A DNA stretch of 63,888 nt, counting the filler, from Atractiella rhizophila (taxonomy: Eukaryota), in assembly GCA_021432655.1 (NCBI GenBank). It is 5 parts of 5 records of this genome, joined end to end, with 100 filler letters (N's around TTAATTAATTAA, not from the genome) between each part and the next. Parts side by side here need not be neighbours in the genome. Positions count along the whole stretch, not along the records: positions 62,723 to 63,888 come from MU271980.1; 4 more parts are not named here. One strand, given 5' to 3'. Numbering within the stretch: position 1 is the first letter of the stretch; every line of letters begins with the position of its first letter. The position numbers and the translations under genes are program-made. Shown here piece by piece: positions 63,465-63,888 of the stretch. The notes under the pieces were generated by a model. It was given only the letters and a program-made list of their open reading frames with translations. It did not search any database and had not been told where the DNA came from.

Positions 63465-63750
63465 TTTAGTAAAAGATACCAAGAATGCTGCATTATACGT
63501 AAGCTAATGAATTTTGCTAGTAAAAAGACATGCAAGCTTATCCCTCCAAACGAACTCCATCTCAAATCAACAATGACTAACGCGTGAACACAGGATGTAG
63601 AAAGGTGTAGATAAACCTCATTGGATTCGAACGATTGGACCTCAACGAATGGAAACTGGAAACCAATACTGCTCGCTCAGCCTTCCATGAAAGACGATGA
63701 AGAGGAAACAAAAACGATAAATAGAAGCAACCAAGTACCCGAACGATTTT

Positions 63751-63888
63751 CTATTTAGAAATACCCTCCTTGATCAAAGCGCCTCTCAGACGAGCCCTCA
63801 AATATTCCAACCGCTCTTCATACTTCTCCTCTACGGTTCGTCTCCGTTTTCTCAGCTCTTCGAGCTCTTGGACCAATTTCGCGTCCTC
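63751..63888 (-). CDS. C-terminal coiled-coil fragment of an unknown protein
   Basis: EDAKLVQELEELRKRRRTVEEKYEERLEYLRARLRGALIKEGISK*, open to the window end. Confidence 0.55.
   Translation of the reverse strand, partial: EDAKLVQELEELRKRRRTVEEKYEERLEYLRARLRGALIKEGISK

Overview
This is eukaryotic, intron-rich fungal DNA. The short GT-AG introns and the gene families point to a basidiomycete, but the species cannot be fixed from sequence alone. The window is five contigs (1-17078, 17179-34128, 34229-51175, 51276-62622, 62723-63888) joined by artificial N/TTAATTAATTAA/N spacers, so adjacency across spacers means nothing. Contigs 1 and 2 begin at (CCCTAA)n telomeres. Contig 1 holds a syntaxin, a 3.5-kb tandem duplication with two TauD-type dioxygenases and SRPK-like kinase remnants, a head-to-head pair of secreted polysaccharide-lyase-like paralogs, and an eIF2B/MtnA-fold gene. 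Contig 2 holds a telomere-abutting sulfotransferase-like gene, a decayed tyrosine-recombinase (Ngaro/DIRS) retrotransposon, a HoxX/HypX-like pseudogene, an HNH pseudogene and a TRP-like channel. Contig 3 holds housekeeping genes (COQ2, a MYST HAT, eIF1A, eIF3e, a bHLH factor, an RNB nuclease) followed by a nest of Ty1/copia elements. Contigs 4-5 hold kinases, a J-protein, Med8, an MDR dehydrogenase and a GH26-like protein. The most striking element is a 345-bp non-coding LTR retroelement (TRIM, 47709-48053). It has identical 80-bp LTRs, a 5-bp TSD, a PBS and a PPT, and carries an apparent tRNA-type Pol III A-box/B-box pair at tRNA spacing. All exon boundaries and family calls were read by eye from motifs; no database search was run.
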